The position numbers were made by a program, and so were the translations under genes. From Pirellulales bacterium (lineage in GTDB: Bacteria; Planctomycetota; Planctomycetia; Pirellulales; UBA1268): 64,000 nt of DNA. Location: NCBI GenBank assembly GCA_044238145.1, contig JBIIDT010000008.1:3610-67609 (forward strand), in the 5' to 3' direction. The notes under the pieces were generated by a model that did not search any database, had not been told where the DNA came from, and saw only the letters and a program-made list of their open reading frames with translations. This document shows, one piece after another, positions 18,017 through 28,771 of this stretch (position 1 is its first letter; the number at the start of each line of letters is the position of its first letter).

Positions 18017-21000
18017 ATGACGCGTCTTCCCAGCCTCCCGCCCCGCCAGGGCCTCTACGATCCCGCCAACGAGCACGACGCCTGCGGCGTGGGCTTCGTC
18101 GTGAACATGCACGGCGTGCGGAGCCACGACATCGTCCGCAAGGGGCTCGAGGTGCTCGAGAACCTGACGCACCGCGGGGCCTGCGGCTGCGACCCGCTTA
18201 CGGGCGACGGCGCCGGCATCCTGATCCAGACGCCGCACGAGTTCTTTACGGCGGCCGCCCCCAAGGCGGGCATCCGCCTGCCGCCGGCGGGCGACTGGGC
18301 TGTGGGGAACGTGTTCCTGCCGCCCTCGGAGGGGGACCGCGAGACGGCCGAGCAGTTCTTCGAGCAGGTGGTCCGCGAGGAGGGGCTGGAGTTCCTCGGC
18401 TGGCGAACCGTGCCCACGGACAACCGCTCGATCGGCGGCACGGCCCGCGAGGTGGAGCCCGTCGTCCGCCAGGCGTTCGTCGGCCGCGGCAAGCAGGTGG
18501 CCCGCGACCACTTCGAGTGGAAGCTGTTCGTCGCCCGGAAGCGGTTCGGCATCGAACTCGGCCGCTTCGGCCTCATCGAGCAGGCGTTCTGCTACGTCTG
18601 CTCGCTCTCGTCGAAGACCATGATCTACAAGGGGCTGCTGCTCGCCGACCAGGTGAGCAAGTACTACCCCGACCTCTCCGACCCGGCGATGAAGTCGGCG
18701 CTGGCGCTGGTCCACCAGCGGTACAGCACCAACACCTTCCCCACCTGGGACCTCGCCCACCCTTTCCGCTACCTCGCCCACAACGGCGAGATCAACACCG
18801 TTCGCGGCAACATCAACTGGATGCACGCCCGCGAGAGCATGCTCGCCCATCCCGTGCTCGGTCCCGATCTCGAGAAGATCAAGCCGGTGATCCGCGAGGG
18901 GGGCAGCGACTCCGCCACGCTCGACAACGTGCTGGAGCTGCTCGTGCTCGCCGGCCGGCCGCTGGAGGAGGCGGTGAGCATGCTCGTCCCCGAGCCGTGG
19001 AGCGGGCACGAGAGCATGGCCGACGACCTCAAGGCCTACTACGAGTTCCAGGCCTGCCTGATGGAACCCTGGGACGGCCCCGCGGCGCTGGCCTTCACCG
19101 ACGGCGTGCGGATCGGCGCCACGCTCGACCGCAACGGCCTGCGGCCGGGCCGCTGGTGGCAGATGAAGGACGGCCTCGTGGTGATGGCCAGCGAGGCGGG
19201 CGTGCTCCAGCTCCCGGCGGGCGAGGTGGTCCGCAAGGGCCGGCTGCGGCCGGGGCGGATGTTCCTCGTCGACACCAAGGAGGGGCGGATCGTCGAGGAC
19301 GACGAGATCAAGCGGCGGCTGGCCACCGCCCAGCCCTGGCGGGAGTGGGTGGCGTCCAACCAGGTCCGCCTCGACGCCCTGCCCGAGGCGGATGCGGCCG
19401 CCGAACTGGTGAAGAACCGGGCCGTCGAGCCGAGCGAACTGCCCCCGAGCGGGAAGGCTGATGCCCATCCCCACGCCCTCGACCCCTGGCGGGCCGCCGG
19501 CGTGGCGGGCGAGGCGTCGAGCCTCGTGGAGCTGCAGCGGGCCTTCGGCTTCACGCTCGAGGACCTCAAGGTGATCCTCGCGCCCATGGCCACCGACGGC
19601 GCCGAGCCGATCGGCTCGATGGGCAACGACACGCCGCTGGCGGTGCTCTCCGACCGGCCGCAGCTCCTCGCCAACTACTTCAAGCAGCTCTTCGCCCAGG
19701 TGACCAACCCGCCGCTCGACGCCATCCGCGAGGAGATCATCACCTCGATGATCACCACGATCGGCTGCGAGGGGAACCTGCTCGACACCACGCCCGGCCA
19801 GGCCCGGCTGTTGCGGCTCGAGACGCCGGTGATCACCAACGCCGAGTGTGCCCGGATCAAGTCGCTCGACCGGCCGGGCCTGAAGGCGGCGACGATCTCG
19901 CTCCTCTTTCCGGCCGCCGAGGGAGCGGCGGGCATGCGGCGGCGGCTGGCGGCGATCCGGGCCGAGGCCGCGGCGGCGATCCGCGGCGGCGCCACGATCC
20001 TCGTCCTCTCCGACCGCGGCGTGTGCCGTGATCAGGCGGCGGTGCCGGCGCTCTTGGCGACCGGCGGCGTCCACCACCACCTCGTCCGCGAGGGCACCCG
20101 CACCCGGTGCGGCATCGTCGTGGAGACGGGCGAGGCCCGCGAGGTGCAGCACTTCGCCCTGCTGACGGGCTACGGGGCCGGGGCCGTGAACCCCTACCTG
20201 GCGTTCGCGACGATCGACCAGATGCAGGCCGAGCGGATCATCGCCGGCGACTACCCCCGCGAGAAGCTCCACAAGAACTTCGTCAAGGCGGCGACGAAGG
20301 GGCTCCTGAAGGTGATGAGCAAGATGGGCATCTCCACGCAGCAGAGCTACCGCGGCGCCCAGATCTTCGAGGCGGTGGGCCTCGACCAGGCCCTCGTCGA
20401 CGAGTTCTTCGCGCGGACGCCGAGCCGGATCGGTGGCATCGGCCTCGAGGGCGTGGCCGACGAGTCGCTGCGCCGGCACGAGCACGCCTGGCCGCGGACG
20501 AACGTGCCGCAGACGCTCGAGCTCGACGTCGGCGGCCGCTACGCGTGGCGGCGGAAGGGAGAGGCCCACGTGCTCGCCCCGGACGTCGTCGCCTCGCTGC
20601 AGCGGGCCACGCAGATCAACAGCCGGGCGGAGTTCCAGAAGTACCAGAAGCTCATCGACGAGCAGCAGACGAAGCTGCTCACGCTCCGCGGCCTGCTCGA
20701 CTTCAAGTGGGCCGACGCGGCGATTCCGCTCGGCGAGGTGGAGCCGGCCAAGGAGATCGTGAAGCGGTTCGCCACCGGGGCGATGTCCTACGGCTCGATC
20801 TCCAAGGAGGCCCACGAGACGCTCGCCGTCGCCATGAACCGCCTCGGCGGCTGGAGCAACACGGGCGAGGGGGGCGAGGACCCGGTGCGATACGAGCCCG
20901 ACCCCTCCGGCGACAGCAAGAACTCGAAGATCAAGCAGGTGGCCAGCGGCCGGTTCGGCGTGACGAGCCTGTACCTCGTCAACGCCAAGGAGCTGCAGAT

Positions 21001-22687
21001 CAAGATGGCCCAGGGGGCGAAGCCCGGCGAAGGCGGGCAGCTGCCCGGCCACAAGGTGGACCGCGAGATCGCCCGCATCCGCCACAGCACGCCGGGCGTG
21101 GGGCTCATCTCCCCGCCGCCGCACCACGACATCTACTCGATCGAGGACCTCGCCCAGCTGATCCACGACCTGAAGAACGCCAACCACCACGCCCGGATCA
21201 GCGTCAAGCTCGTGGCGGAGGTGGGCGTGGGCACGGTGGCGGCGGGCGTGTCGAAGGGCAAGGCCGACGTGGTCCTGATCTCGGGCCACGACGGCGGCAC
21301 GGGCGCGAGTCCGCAGACCTCGATCATGCACGCCGGCCTGCCCTGGGAGCTCGGCCTGGCCGAGGCCCACCAGGTGCTCGTCATGAACGACCTCCGCGGC
21401 CGGATCGTCGTCCAGACCGACGGCATGATCCGCACCGCCAAGGACGTGGCGATCGCGACGCTGCTCGGGGCCGAGGAGTACGGCATCGCCACGGCCTCGC
21501 TCGTGGTGATGGGCTGCATCATGATGCGGAAGTGCCACCTCAACACCTGTCCGGTGGGCATCGCCACCCAGGATCCGGAGCTGCGGAAGAAGTTCACCGG
21601 CCAGCCGGAGCACGTCGTCAACTTCTTCTTCATGCTCGCCGAGGAACTTCGCGAGCTGATGGCGAAGCTCGGCTTCCGCACGATCGCCGAGATGGTCGGC
21701 CGCGTGGATCGGCTCGACGCCCGCGCGGCGATCGCCCACTGGAAGGCCAAGGGGCTCGACTTCTCGACGATCCTCCATAAGCCAGAGGTTCCGGCCCGTG
21801 TGAAGACCCACTGCGAGGACGTCCAGGACCATGGCATCGAGCGGTCGCTCGACATGACCACGCTCCTCGACCGCTGCCGGCCGGCCCTGGAGCGGGGCGA
21901 GCCGGTGCGGCTCGAGCTGCCGATCCGCAACATCAACCGCACCGTGGGCACCGTCCTGTCGAGCGAGGTGACCCGGCGGCACGGGGCCAAGGGCCTGCCC
22001 GACGGCACGATCCGCATCCACTTCCGCGGCTCGGCCGGCCAGAGCCTGATGGCCTTCGGCGTGCCGGGCGTGGAGGTGACGGTCGAGGGCGACGTCAACG
22101 ACTACTGCGGCAAGGGCCTGTCGGGCGGCCGCGTGATCGTGAAGCCCGACCGCACGGCGCCGTTCAAGGCGGAGGACAACGTGATCGCCGGCAACGTCGT
22201 GGCCTACGGGGCCACCAGCGGCGAGATCTTCATCCGCGGCATCTGCGGCGAGCGGTTCCTGGTGCGGAACTCGGGCGTCGAGGCGGTGGTCGAGGGCACC
22301 GGCGACCACGGCTGCGAGTACATGACCGGCGGCCGGGCGGTGGTGCTCGGCGAGACGGGACGCAACTTCGCCGCCGGCATGAGCGGCGGCATCGCCTACG
22401 TGTGGGACGCGGGCGGCGGCTTCCGGCAGAAGGTGAACACGGAGATGGTGGCGATCGAGGAGCTCGACGATTCGGACCTCGACTACGTCAAGGGCCGGAT
22501 CGAGCGGCACGTGGCCCACACGGGGAGCACCCGCGGCCAGGCGATCCTCGCCGCGTGGCCGAGCGAGCAGAAGCGGTTCGTGAAGGTCATGCCCACCGAC
22601 TACAAGCGGGCCCTCGACGAGTTGCGGAAGCTCGCGGCCCAGGATCAGCAGGCAGCCAAGCAGGCGGAGGTGAAGGTCAATGGGTGA
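18017..22687 (+). CDS. gltB: glutamate synthase large subunit
   Basis: The real start is the ATG at 18017 ([22 protein letters not shown] then the catalytic Cys in CGVGFVV). The track ORF from 17507 is an in-frame artefact overlapping lysR. Family hallmarks are [40 protein letters not shown] and [15 protein letters not shown]. Confidence 0.95.
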   Translation: MTRLPSLPPRQGLYDPANEHDACGVGFVVNMHGVRSHDIVRKGLEVLENLTHRGACGCDPLTGDGAGILIQTPHEFFTAAAPKAGIRLPPAGDWAVGNVFLPPSEGDRETAEQFFEQVVREEGLEFLGWRTVPTDNRSIGGTAREVEPVVRQAFVGRGKQVARDHFEWKLFVARKRFGIELGRFGLIEQAFCYVCSLSSKTMIYKGLLLADQVSKYYPDLSDPAMKSALALVHQRYSTNTFPTWDLAHPFRYLAHNGEINTVRGNINWMHARESMLAHPVLGPDLEKIKPVIREGGSDSATLDNVLELLVLAGRPLEEAVSMLVPEPWSGHESMADDLKAYYEFQACLMEPWDGPAALAFTDGVRIGATLDRNGLRPGRWWQMKDGLVVMASEAGVLQLPAGEVVRKGRLRPGRMFLVDTKEGRIVEDDEIKRRLATAQPWREWVASNQVRLDALPEADAAAELVKNRAVEPSELPPSGKADAHPHALDPWRAAGVAGEASSLVELQRAFGFTLEDLKVILAPMATDGAEPIGSMGNDTPLAVLSDRPQLLANYFKQLFAQVTNPPLDAIREEIITSMITTIGCEGNLLDTTPGQARLLRLETPVITNAECARIKSLDRPGLKAATISLLFPAAEGAAGMRRRLAAIRAEAAAAIRGGATILVLSDRGVCRDQAAVPALLATGGVHHHLVREGTRTRCGIVVETGEAREVQHFALLTGYGAGAVNPYLAFATIDQMQAERIIAGDYPREKLHKNFVKAATKGLLKVMSKMGISTQQSYRGAQIFEAVGLDQALVDEFFARTPSRIGGIGLEGVADESLRRHEHAWPRTNVPQTLELDVGGRYAWRRKGEAHVLAPDVVASLQRATQINSRAEFQKYQKLIDEQQTKLLTLRGLLDFKWADAAIPLGEVEPAKEIVKRFATGAMSYGSISKEAHETLAVAMNRLGGWSNTGEGGEDPVRYEPDPSGDSKNSKIKQVASGRFGVTSLYLVNAKELQIKMAQGAKPGEGGQLPGHKVDREIARIRHSTPGVGLISPPPHHDIYSIEDLAQLIHDLKNANHHARISVKLVAEVGVGTVAAGVSKGKADVVLISGHDGGTGASPQTSIMHAGLPWELGLAEAHQVLVMNDLRGRIVVQTDGMIRTAKDVAIATLLGAEEYGIATASLVVMGCIMMRKCHLNTCPVGIATQDPELRKKFTGQPEHVVNFFFMLAEELRELMAKLGFRTIAEMVGRVDRLDARAAIAHWKAKGLDFSTILHKPEVPARVKTHCEDVQDHGIERSLDMTTLLDRCRPALERGEPVRLELPIRNINRTVGTVLSSEVTRRHGAKGLPDGTIRIHFRGSAGQSLMAFGVPGVEVTVEGDVNDYCGKGLSGGRVIVKPDRTAPFKAEDNVIAGNVVAYGATSGEIFIRGICGERFLVRNSGVEAVVEGTGDHGCEYMTGGRAVVLGETGRNFAAGMSGGIAYVWDAGGGFRQKVNTEMVAIEELDDSDLDYVKGRIERHVAHTGSTRGQAILAAWPSEQKRFVKVMPTDYKRALDELRKLAAQDQQAAKQAEVKVNG

Positions 22688-24176
22688 TCCACGCGGATTC
22701 ATGAAGCATGAGCGGAAGGTGTCGGGCTACGCCCCGGTGCCGGAGCGGCTCACGCACTACAAGGAGTTCCTCACGATCCTCTCCCCCGAGGAGGTGCAGA
22801 CGCAGGGGGCCCGCTGCATGGACTGCGGAGTGCCCTTCTGCCACACCGGCTGCCCGCTGGGGAACATCATCCCCGACTTCAACGACCTCGTGTTCCGCCG
22901 CCAGTGGCACGAGGCGAGCCAGCGGCTCCATGCCACCAACAACTTCCCCGAGTTCACCGGCCGCGTCTGCCCGGCGCCCTGCGAGGCCGCCTGCGTGCTC
23001 GGCATCAACGAGGATCCCGTCGCCATCAAGCAGATCGAGATGACGATCGCCGACCGGGCCTGGGACGAGGGCTGGGTGGTGCCCGAGGCCCCGAACGTCC
23101 GCTCGGGCAAGCGGGTGGCCGTGGTGGGCAGCGGGCCCGCGGGCCTGGCCTGCGCCCAGCAGCTCAACCGCGCCGGTCACCACGTCACGCTCTTCGAGCG
23201 GGCCGACCGGCCCGGCGGGCTCTTGATGTACGGCATTCCCGACTTCAAGCTCGAGAAGTGGCGGATCTGGCGGCGGATCGAGCAGATGCGCGAGGAGGGC
23301 GTGGAGTTTCGTTGCGGCGTCAACGTGGGGTCTGACATCCGCACGCAGTCGCTGGCCGAGGAGTACGACGCCGTGGTCCTGACCGGCGGCGCCACGCTCG
23401 GCCGCGACCTGCCGATCCCGGGCCGCGAGTTGGCGGGCGTGCACTACGCGATGGAGTTCCTGCCGCAGCAGAACAAGAAGAATGCCGGCGACGAGGTGCC
23501 CGGGCAGATCCATGCCGCGGGCAAGGACGTGATCGTGATCGGCGGCGGCGACACCGGCAGCGACTGTACCGGCACGAGCAACCGCCACGGCTGCAAGAGC
23601 CTGACGCAATTCGAGCTGCTGCCGCAGCCGCCGGACCTGGGCAAGTATCCGCGGCGGTCGGAGCGGCCGGCGGGCAGCCCGTGGCCGCTGTGGACGCAGA
23701 TGCTGCGGACGAGCTCGTCGCACGAGGAGGGCTGCCGCCGCGAGTTCGGCATCCTCACGAAGGAGTTCCTCGGCGACGACCAAGGCCGGCTCCGAGGCCT
23801 GAAGACCGTCCGCATCGAGTGGTACACCGACGCCGCGTCGGGGCAGCAGAAGTTCAAGGAGCTCCCGGGTACCGAGCAGGAATGGCCGTGCCAGCTCGCA
23901 CTTCTGGCCATGGGCTTCGTGGGACCGGAGAAGCACGGCCCGATCGCCGACCTCGGCCTGGAACTCGACTCGCGGGGCAACGTGAAGGCGGGAGCCGACT
24001 ACATGACGAGCCGGGAGGGCGTGTTCGCCGCGGGCGACATGCGCCGCGGCCAGTCGCTCGTCGTGTGGGCGATCCACGAGGGCCGGGAGTGTGCCCGGTC
24101 GGTCGACCTGTGGCTGATGGGGCAGACGAACCTGCCGAGCACCGCCGCGGGTGAGTTCGCCGTCCACGCCGCGTGA
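22680..24176 (+). CDS. gltD: glutamate synthase small subunit (NADPH)
   Basis: 498-aa ORF overlapping gltB by 8 nt. Cys clusters are [17 protein letters not shown] and CPAPCEAAC. Dinucleotide folds are [17 protein letters not shown] and [13 protein letters not shown]. Confidence 0.95.
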   Translation: MGDPRGFMKHERKVSGYAPVPERLTHYKEFLTILSPEEVQTQGARCMDCGVPFCHTGCPLGNIIPDFNDLVFRRQWHEASQRLHATNNFPEFTGRVCPAPCEAACVLGINEDPVAIKQIEMTIADRAWDEGWVVPEAPNVRSGKRVAVVGSGPAGLACAQQLNRAGHHVTLFERADRPGGLLMYGIPDFKLEKWRIWRRIEQMREEGVEFRCGVNVGSDIRTQSLAEEYDAVVLTGGATLGRDLPIPGRELAGVHYAMEFLPQQNKKNAGDEVPGQIHAAGKDVIVIGGGDTGSDCTGTSNRHGCKSLTQFELLPQPPDLGKYPRRSERPAGSPWPLWTQMLRTSSSHEEGCRREFGILTKEFLGDDQGRLRGLKTVRIEWYTDAASGQQKFKELPGTEQEWPCQLALLAMGFVGPEKHGPIADLGLELDSRGNVKAGADYMTSREGVFAAGDMRRGQSLVVWAIHEGRECARSVDLWLMGQTNLPSTAAGEFAVHAA

Positions 24177-24207
24177 GCGGTCGGCGCTTGCATGCGTGCC
24201 GTGGGTC

Positions 24208-24339
24208 GGGGGTGCCCATCCCACGGCTCCGGACGTTCGCTGCGGCCCTCCGGGCCTTCGCTTACTGCATGTCCGCGGCGCTCCGGCATCCATGCCTCCG
24301 CTTGCTCCCATAGCCCGGAGCCATGGGAGCGGCACCCCC
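24208..24339 (+). repeat. 132-bp structured intergenic repeat, family R2, copy a
   Basis: The core CCGGACGTTCGCTGCGGCCCTCCGGGCCTTCGCTTACTGCATGTCCGCGGCGCTCCGGCATCCATGCCTCCGCTTGCTCCCATAGCCCGG is about 85% identical to 59296-59385. It is bracketed by complementary arms GGGGGTGCCCATCCCACGGCTCCGG and CCGGAGCCATGGGAGCGGCACCCCC (22 of 25 positions pair). Confidence 0.8.
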
Positions 24340-24383
24340 TCCCGAACGCTACGCGACGAAGGACAGGGAGTTTTGGACCGTGT

Positions 24384-25718
24384 TCACGGCGGCACCACGT
24401 CCACCGTGTAGCTGCCGCTGGTGTCGGCGAGGTCGCCGGGGGCCTCGTTGACCTTGAGGTACAGCGGGCCGGCGGCCGCGGCGGTGATCTCCGCGGCGGC
24501 GCCCGACCCGAGGACGACAAAGCCGGCCGTGCCATCCTCCCGCTCGACCCACTGGGCGGCGAGCAGGCGGCCGACCGGATGGCCGCGGTACCAGCGGAGC
24601 GAGATCCCGTCGGCCTCGCTCTCGATCGGCGTCGCGGCGGCGCCCGCTTGGGCCGGCACCTCGCCGAGCCGCACGCGGCCGTGGGCCGTGATCCGACACC
24701 GTCCGCCCGCCGCCAGCGCCATGCCCGTGTTCTGCCAGCCGCGGCCGGCGGCCACCGTGCCCCGCGTCGGCACGACGAGCGGCCGGCCCGGCGACCAGTC
24801 GATCCTCATCCGCGCGAAGTCCCAGCCGTAGTCGATCTCCGTCGTGAACGCGGCGAATTCGCGGGCGGCGACCGCCGCGTTCCAGCCCGGCTGGGCCGCG
24901 AGCCGGGCGTTGAAGTCCTCGTCGAGCAGGCCACGCTCGGCGGCGGTGAATGATGGGGCGAGGGCCGGATGCCGCGCGAGCAGGGCGACCGCCGCCCAGT
25001 TCGAGGCATAGGTGGAGATGTCGCGATGGTCGCCGGTGGGGACGGCCATCACGGCGGACAGCGTCGGCGGCCGCCTGTCGGCCGCGAGCCGGCGGAGCGT
25101 CTCGATGCGGCCCAGTTGCTCGACGTCGGACTTCCGCACGGGAAGCGGGGTGGGCACAAACCTCTCGACGCCCCGCGCATCGCGTTCCAGCCGATGGGTC
25201 GCGAGGAACTCCGCGATGCCCTCGGTGTACCACTCCGGGGTGTCGAGGCCGCGAACCGTGAGCGTGAAGGCGTGCACCCCCTCGTGAAGGAGCAGGTGCC
25301 GCCGGTAGGCCGGGTTCGACTGGTCCATAAGCCAGAATCGGTTCCGGTCGCAGAAGCCATGCGGGAACTCGGGGATGGTCGCGGGGAGGAGCCCGGCCGC
25401 GCGGAACCGCTCGCGGTCGACGACGAGACAGCCGAACGCCCGCCAGTCGCGGATCGTGGCGGGGTCGATGCCGTAGTGGCCGCACCAGACGACGACGGCC
25501 TCGTCGAAGATCCGCGGCAGGTCGTCCACTCCGTCGTCGGCCCGCGGCGGCCGGTCGGTGGCAAGCACCAGGTGCTGCGACTCGATCACCCGCAGGCCCG
25601 CCCGTCGGGCCGAGGCGGCCAGCGGCGGCACGCTGACGTCGGCCGCCACCGCCGGTGCGGCGGCCAGCATCACCAGCCAGGCGGCGAACGTTCTCGTGAC
25701 CGCGCGCATGTCCTTCAT
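24384..25718 (-). CDS. secreted HExxH protein, DUF1570-like putative metallopeptidase with extra C-terminal domain
   Basis: The start is re-picked to the ATG at 25718 ([26 protein letters not shown] signal). The track ORF extends to 26003. [13 protein letters not shown] plus [13 protein letters not shown] parallels the motif pair of the gene at 2808-4022. Confidence 0.7.
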   Translation of the reverse strand: MKDMRAVTRTFAAWLVMLAAAPAVAADVSVPPLAASARRAGLRVIESQHLVLATDRPPRADDGVDDLPRIFDEAVVVWCGHYGIDPATIRDWRAFGCLVVDRERFRAAGLLPATIPEFPHGFCDRNRFWLMDQSNPAYRRHLLLHEGVHAFTLTVRGLDTPEWYTEGIAEFLATHRLERDARGVERFVPTPLPVRKSDVEQLGRIETLRRLAADRRPPTLSAVMAVPTGDHRDISTYASNWAAVALLARHPALAPSFTAAERGLLDEDFNARLAAQPGWNAAVAAREFAAFTTEIDYGWDFARMRIDWSPGRPLVVPTRGTVAAGRGWQNTGMALAAGGRCRITAHGRVRLGEVPAQAGAAATPIESEADGISLRWYRGHPVGRLLAAQWVEREDGTAGFVVLGSGAAAEITAAAAGPLYLKVNEAPGDLADTSGSYTVDVVPP

Positions 25719-25863
25719 CCTTCCCAGTTCACCCAGGCGGCGCCGGCCCGGCAAGGCATGCCGGACCGGGTCCCCCCACGTCATCGGCAATCCGCGAGAT
25801 TCCGATGGCACCTGCGGCCGCGGGGATGCTACAAGCCCCGCCCGAGCCCGGAGGGCGGCAGAC

Positions 25864-27021
25864 GTGCGGCATCGACGCCGACAATCCGCGATCGCACTGG
25901 CGGCCATCGCCTGGCCGACGCTCCTCTTCGCGCAGGCGACCGCGCCGGCCGATGCGGCGAAGGTCAGTGCCTGGGCCACGGGAGGCGCCACGGCCAACGG
26001 CAAGCCGGCCGCCGCGGGCCTCTCCTATTGGCAGGCACCCGCGCTGCCCGCGGCCGTGGTCCAGGGCGGCACCATTCCGCCCGGCTGGCAGCCGCAGCCG
26101 ATTCCCTACCAGGGCGTCGGCCCCGACGGGCGGGTGATCACGCAGTACTTCGCCCCGACGTACACCTTCACCTACCAGTCGGGTCCGCCGGTGCTCGCGG
26201 TGCCGCAGCCATCGGCGGTCAACCGCCGCCAGGTGCCGGTGTATCGCAGCCCGCAGGCGTACGGGGCCGCACCGTCGCCGTACGCGCCGGCCGTGCCCTA
26301 CCCGGTGCCGCCGCCGGCCGCCGGCGTGCCGCCGTCCACCGTGACCCGCTACGCGGCGCCCCCCGCGCCGCCGCCGGCCCCGGCCGGCTGGGGGCCGTCC
26401 GCCATGCCGCCACCCGCACCGACCGTCGCCGCTCCGCCGCCCACCGCGGGCTGGGCCGCCGCCGTGCCCGTCGCCGCGGCCGCCACCGCCGCCGCGCCGC
26501 CTCCGACTGCGGCCCTCGCCCCCGTGCCCGCCCCCGCCGATGCGTCGCCCGTGATGCAGCCCGTCGTCGGCCCCTCGGCGCAAACCGCGGCCGGCATGCA
26601 GACCGTCGCCCGACCGAGCCTGTGGCGGGTCGTGGGTGTGCAGGACGGCGACACGGTGAGCTGTCTCGACGACCTCAACCAGCAGCGGAAGGTCGGCCTG
26701 GCCGACATCGACGCTCCAGAAATCGGCCAGGACTACGGCAAGCAGTCGCGGGAGGCGCTCGCGGGGATGGTCTTCGGCCGGACGGTCGAGGTGTCGAACG
26801 TGGCCCTCGACGCGTCGGGCACCCCCACGGCGCGGCTCTTCGCGGGCGGGGTCGACGTCAGCCGCCAGATGGTGGCCACGGGCAACGCGTGGCAGGATCC
26901 GGCTTCGCAGGATCGCTCGTTGGCGACGGAGCAGTCGCAGGCCCGTGCCGCGCAGCTCGGCCTGTGGGCCTCTCCCTCACCGACGCCGCCGTGGACCTAC
27001 CGCGGCACGGCCGGTCAGTGA
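25864..27021 (+). CDS. secreted thermonuclease (SNase-like) with long Pro/Ala-rich linker
   Basis: GTG at 25864 gives VRHRRRQSAIALAAIAWPTLLFAQA (signal-like). Earlier in-frame starts overlap the divergent gene. The C-terminal 140 aa (WRVVGVQDGDTVSCLD...KVGLADIDAPEIGQDYGKQSREALAGMV...GNAW...EQSQARAAQLGLWA) matches the staphylococcal nuclease fold pattern. About 230 aa of P/A/V-rich low complexity precede it. Confidence 0.7.
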   Translation: MRHRRRQSAIALAAIAWPTLLFAQATAPADAAKVSAWATGGATANGKPAAAGLSYWQAPALPAAVVQGGTIPPGWQPQPIPYQGVGPDGRVITQYFAPTYTFTYQSGPPVLAVPQPSAVNRRQVPVYRSPQAYGAAPSPYAPAVPYPVPPPAAGVPPSTVTRYAAPPAPPPAPAGWGPSAMPPPAPTVAAPPPTAGWAAAVPVAAAATAAAPPPTAALAPVPAPADASPVMQPVVGPSAQTAAGMQTVARPSLWRVVGVQDGDTVSCLDDLNQQRKVGLADIDAPEIGQDYGKQSREALAGMVFGRTVEVSNVALDASGTPTARLFAGGVDVSRQMVATGNAWQDPASQDRSLATEQSQARAAQLGLWASPSPTPPWTYRGTAGQ

Positions 27022-27064
27022 GCCATCCGGACGAAAGCGGTGGTCTCCGACCACCGCCTGCCGC

Positions 27065-27343
27065 TCATCGCGGCGCGGGCGTCATCCGCGGCGGCACGTC
27101 CCACCGTTCGGCGTCGACGATGCGGGCCAACACCGCGGCCGCGTCGCAGCCCTGATCGAACGCCGCGTAGACGACGTTCCGGATTTCGGAATCGGAGAGA
27201 TCGGAGCACGTCTCCCGTCGGATCACGCTGAGCATCGCCGGCTCGTCGCCCACCCGGTAGGCGCCAGCGAGCCACATGGAAATCGCACCCATGGCCGTGC
27301 AGCCGTGAATCGTCGTCGCCCGGTCCTGATCCGTGACCTGCAT
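27065..27343 (-). CDS. hypothetical protein (92 aa)
   Basis: The ATG at 27343 is preceded by AGGAGG with 8-nt spacing. The amino-acid composition is balanced (MQVTDQDRATTIHGCTAMGAISMWLAGAYRVGDEPAML...), unlike the overlapping Arg/Gly-rich alternate-frame ORFs. No family recognised. Confidence 0.55.
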   Translation of the reverse strand: MQVTDQDRATTIHGCTAMGAISMWLAGAYRVGDEPAMLSVIRRETCSDLSDSEIRNVVYAAFDQGCDAAAVLARIVDAERWDVPPRMTPAPR

Positions 27344-27586
27344 GGCAGCCGCCTCCTGCGTGTGACTTGCCCCCCTGAAACCGAGTCAATCCTACCGGTG
27401 CGGTCAAGCGGCGGGTCCGCCTTCCGCCGCCTCGTGCGCCATCGCTGCACGCTGGCAGTCGCCCATCCCGCCGCGCCGCTTGCCCAGCCCGCCCGGCTTG
27501 CCCGGCGGCCGGACGACGGGCCGGGCGCGGGTCGGTTCGACCGTCCGCGGGCGCGACCGTAGGCTGCGGGCCGGGAGACCGTCGCC

Positions 27587-28075
27587 ATGACCGCCGAACA
27601 GTTCTTTCAGGCCACCAACACGCTCGCGCTCGTGGCGTGGATAGCGCTTCTGCTCCTGCCGGGCCGCCGGCTCGTTTCGGGCGTGCTCTGCGCGGTGGTC
27701 GTGCCGGCGGTCCTCGCCGTGGGCTATGCGACCGTCGTCGCGTGGAGGCTCGCCGCCGGCGGGCCGCCGCCGGGCGATGTGATGACGCTGGCGGGCCTGC
27801 GGGACGTGTTTCGCGACGACTGGGTGTTCGCGGCGGCGTGGACGCACTACCTCGTGTTCGACATGGTCGTCGGCGCCTGGATCGCTCGTGACGCGGTCCG
27901 GCTCGGTCTGCCCTGGCCGCTGCGGACGGTGGCGCTCGTGCTCACGTTCCTGGCCGGCCCGATCGGCTTCCTGGTGCACGTCATCGGCCGGGCGGTTCTG
28001 CGGCGCACCTTGGGCGTCGGGACGGAGCCCGCCGAGCCCGAACGCGGCGCGGGCCGCGTGGAGGTGCGCCGGTGA
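27587..28075 (+). CDS. DUF4281 (ABA4-like) family membrane protein
   Basis: 162-aa ORF with four hydrophobic spans. FQATNTLALVAWIALLLLPG, WTHYLVFDMVVGAWIARDA and LTFLAGPIGFLVH match my recollection of the ABA4-like/DUF4281 pattern. Confidence 0.65.
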   Translation: MTAEQFFQATNTLALVAWIALLLLPGRRLVSGVLCAVVVPAVLAVGYATVVAWRLAAGGPPPGDVMTLAGLRDVFRDDWVFAAAWTHYLVFDMVVGAWIARDAVRLGLPWPLRTVALVLTFLAGPIGFLVHVIGRAVLRRTLGVGTEPAEPERGAGRVEVRR

Positions 28076-28356
28076 TGGCCTATCGCAACCAGAACCAGAA
28101 CCAGAACGAAGACGAGGACGAGTGGGAAGAAGACGACAACAATGATGGCGACGCGTTCAACGACGAAGAAGACGAACCGACCGTCCCCTGCCCGTTCTGC
28201 CGACAAGAAATCCTCGAAGACGCGCCGTGGTGTCCCCACTGCGACCGCTACATCTCCGCCGAGGACCACGCCCGGGCCGGCAAGCCCTTGTGGGTGATCG
28301 TCGCGGCGGTGCTGTGCCTGGCCATCGCCGTGTGGTGGGTGGTCGCGGTGTTCTGA
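28072..28356 (+). CDS. small acidic zinc-ribbon protein with C-terminal membrane anchor
   Basis: The ATG overlaps the previous stop (ATGA at 28072-28075). The N-terminus is YRNQNQNQNEDEDEWEEDDNNDGDAFNDEEDE. The zinc ribbon is CPFC...CPHC. The TM helix is LWVIVAAVLCLAIAVWWVVAVF. The DNA contains (AACCAG)x3 at 28087-28104. Confidence 0.6.
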   Translation: MMAYRNQNQNQNEDEDEWEEDDNNDGDAFNDEEDEPTVPCPFCRQEILEDAPWCPHCDRYISAEDHARAGKPLWVIVAAVLCLAIAVWWVVAVF

Positions 28357-28378
28357 CGAGGACTCCTGTCCGGGGAAG

Positions 28379-28708
28379 ATGGATCATTTCATGCCCGCCC
28401 GCTGGCTCGTGTACGTGCTCCGCTGCCGCGACGGCTCGCTCTACACGGGGATCACCAACGATCTGCCGAAGCGGCTGGCGGCGCACCTCGCCGGCAGGGC
28501 CTCGCGGTACACCCGCAGCCGTCTGCCGGTGACGGTCGTCTACACGGAGCCGAAGGGATCAAAGTCCACGGCCCTGAAGCGCGAGGCCGCGATCAAGAAG
28601 CTGCGCCGGTCGGAGAAGGACCGGCTCGTGACGGCAGCCATGCAGCGCCCGCCCCGGAGGCGGCGACCGACGTCCGCGGAGCGTCCGCCGTCCAGTCCGC
28701 GGGACTGA
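28379..28708 (+). CDS. GIY-YIG nuclease family protein (YhbQ/UPF0213-like)
   Basis: WLVYVLRCRDGSLYTGITNDLPKRLAAHL...RYTRSRLPVTVVYTE...ALKREAAIKKLRRSEKDRL is the canonical small GIY-YIG domain pattern. Confidence 0.85.
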   Translation: MDHFMPARWLVYVLRCRDGSLYTGITNDLPKRLAAHLAGRASRYTRSRLPVTVVYTEPKGSKSTALKREAAIKKLRRSEKDRLVTAAMQRPPRRRRPTSAERPPSSPRD

Positions 28709-28771
28709 GCCGCGAAAGTGGCCGGCGACGGCCGCCGTTCCTAGCCTTCGCCATCGCTGCGTCCGCAGCAG

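Noticed and set aside
17834-22702. 1622-aa minus-strand ORF antisense to gltB. Similar antisense giants occur at 7906-9744, 10543-13029, 22677-24335, 48740-51940 (upstream part) and 53308-55227.
   Set aside because: All lie opposite genes with unambiguous conserved motifs (gltB, Gfo/Idh/MocA, MFS, gltD, uppP, rpsA). All have Arg/Gly/Pro/Ala-biased low-information sequences. They are stop-codon-poor antisense frames expected at about 70% GC.
26200-26560. Possible tandem DNA repeat or hypervariable cassette in the GC-rich Pro/Ala-coding stretch of the nuclease gene
   Set aside because: The repetition is compositional (CCG/GCC codons for P and A) with no fixed period or unit that I can align. 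It stays in the same reading frame as the SNase domain.
27015-27407. 130-aa minus-strand ORF overlapping the 92-aa ORF
   Set aside because: It is Arg/Gly-rich junk-like sequence with no ribosome-binding site. The 92-aa frame has a canonical AGGAGG at optimal spacing and balanced composition.
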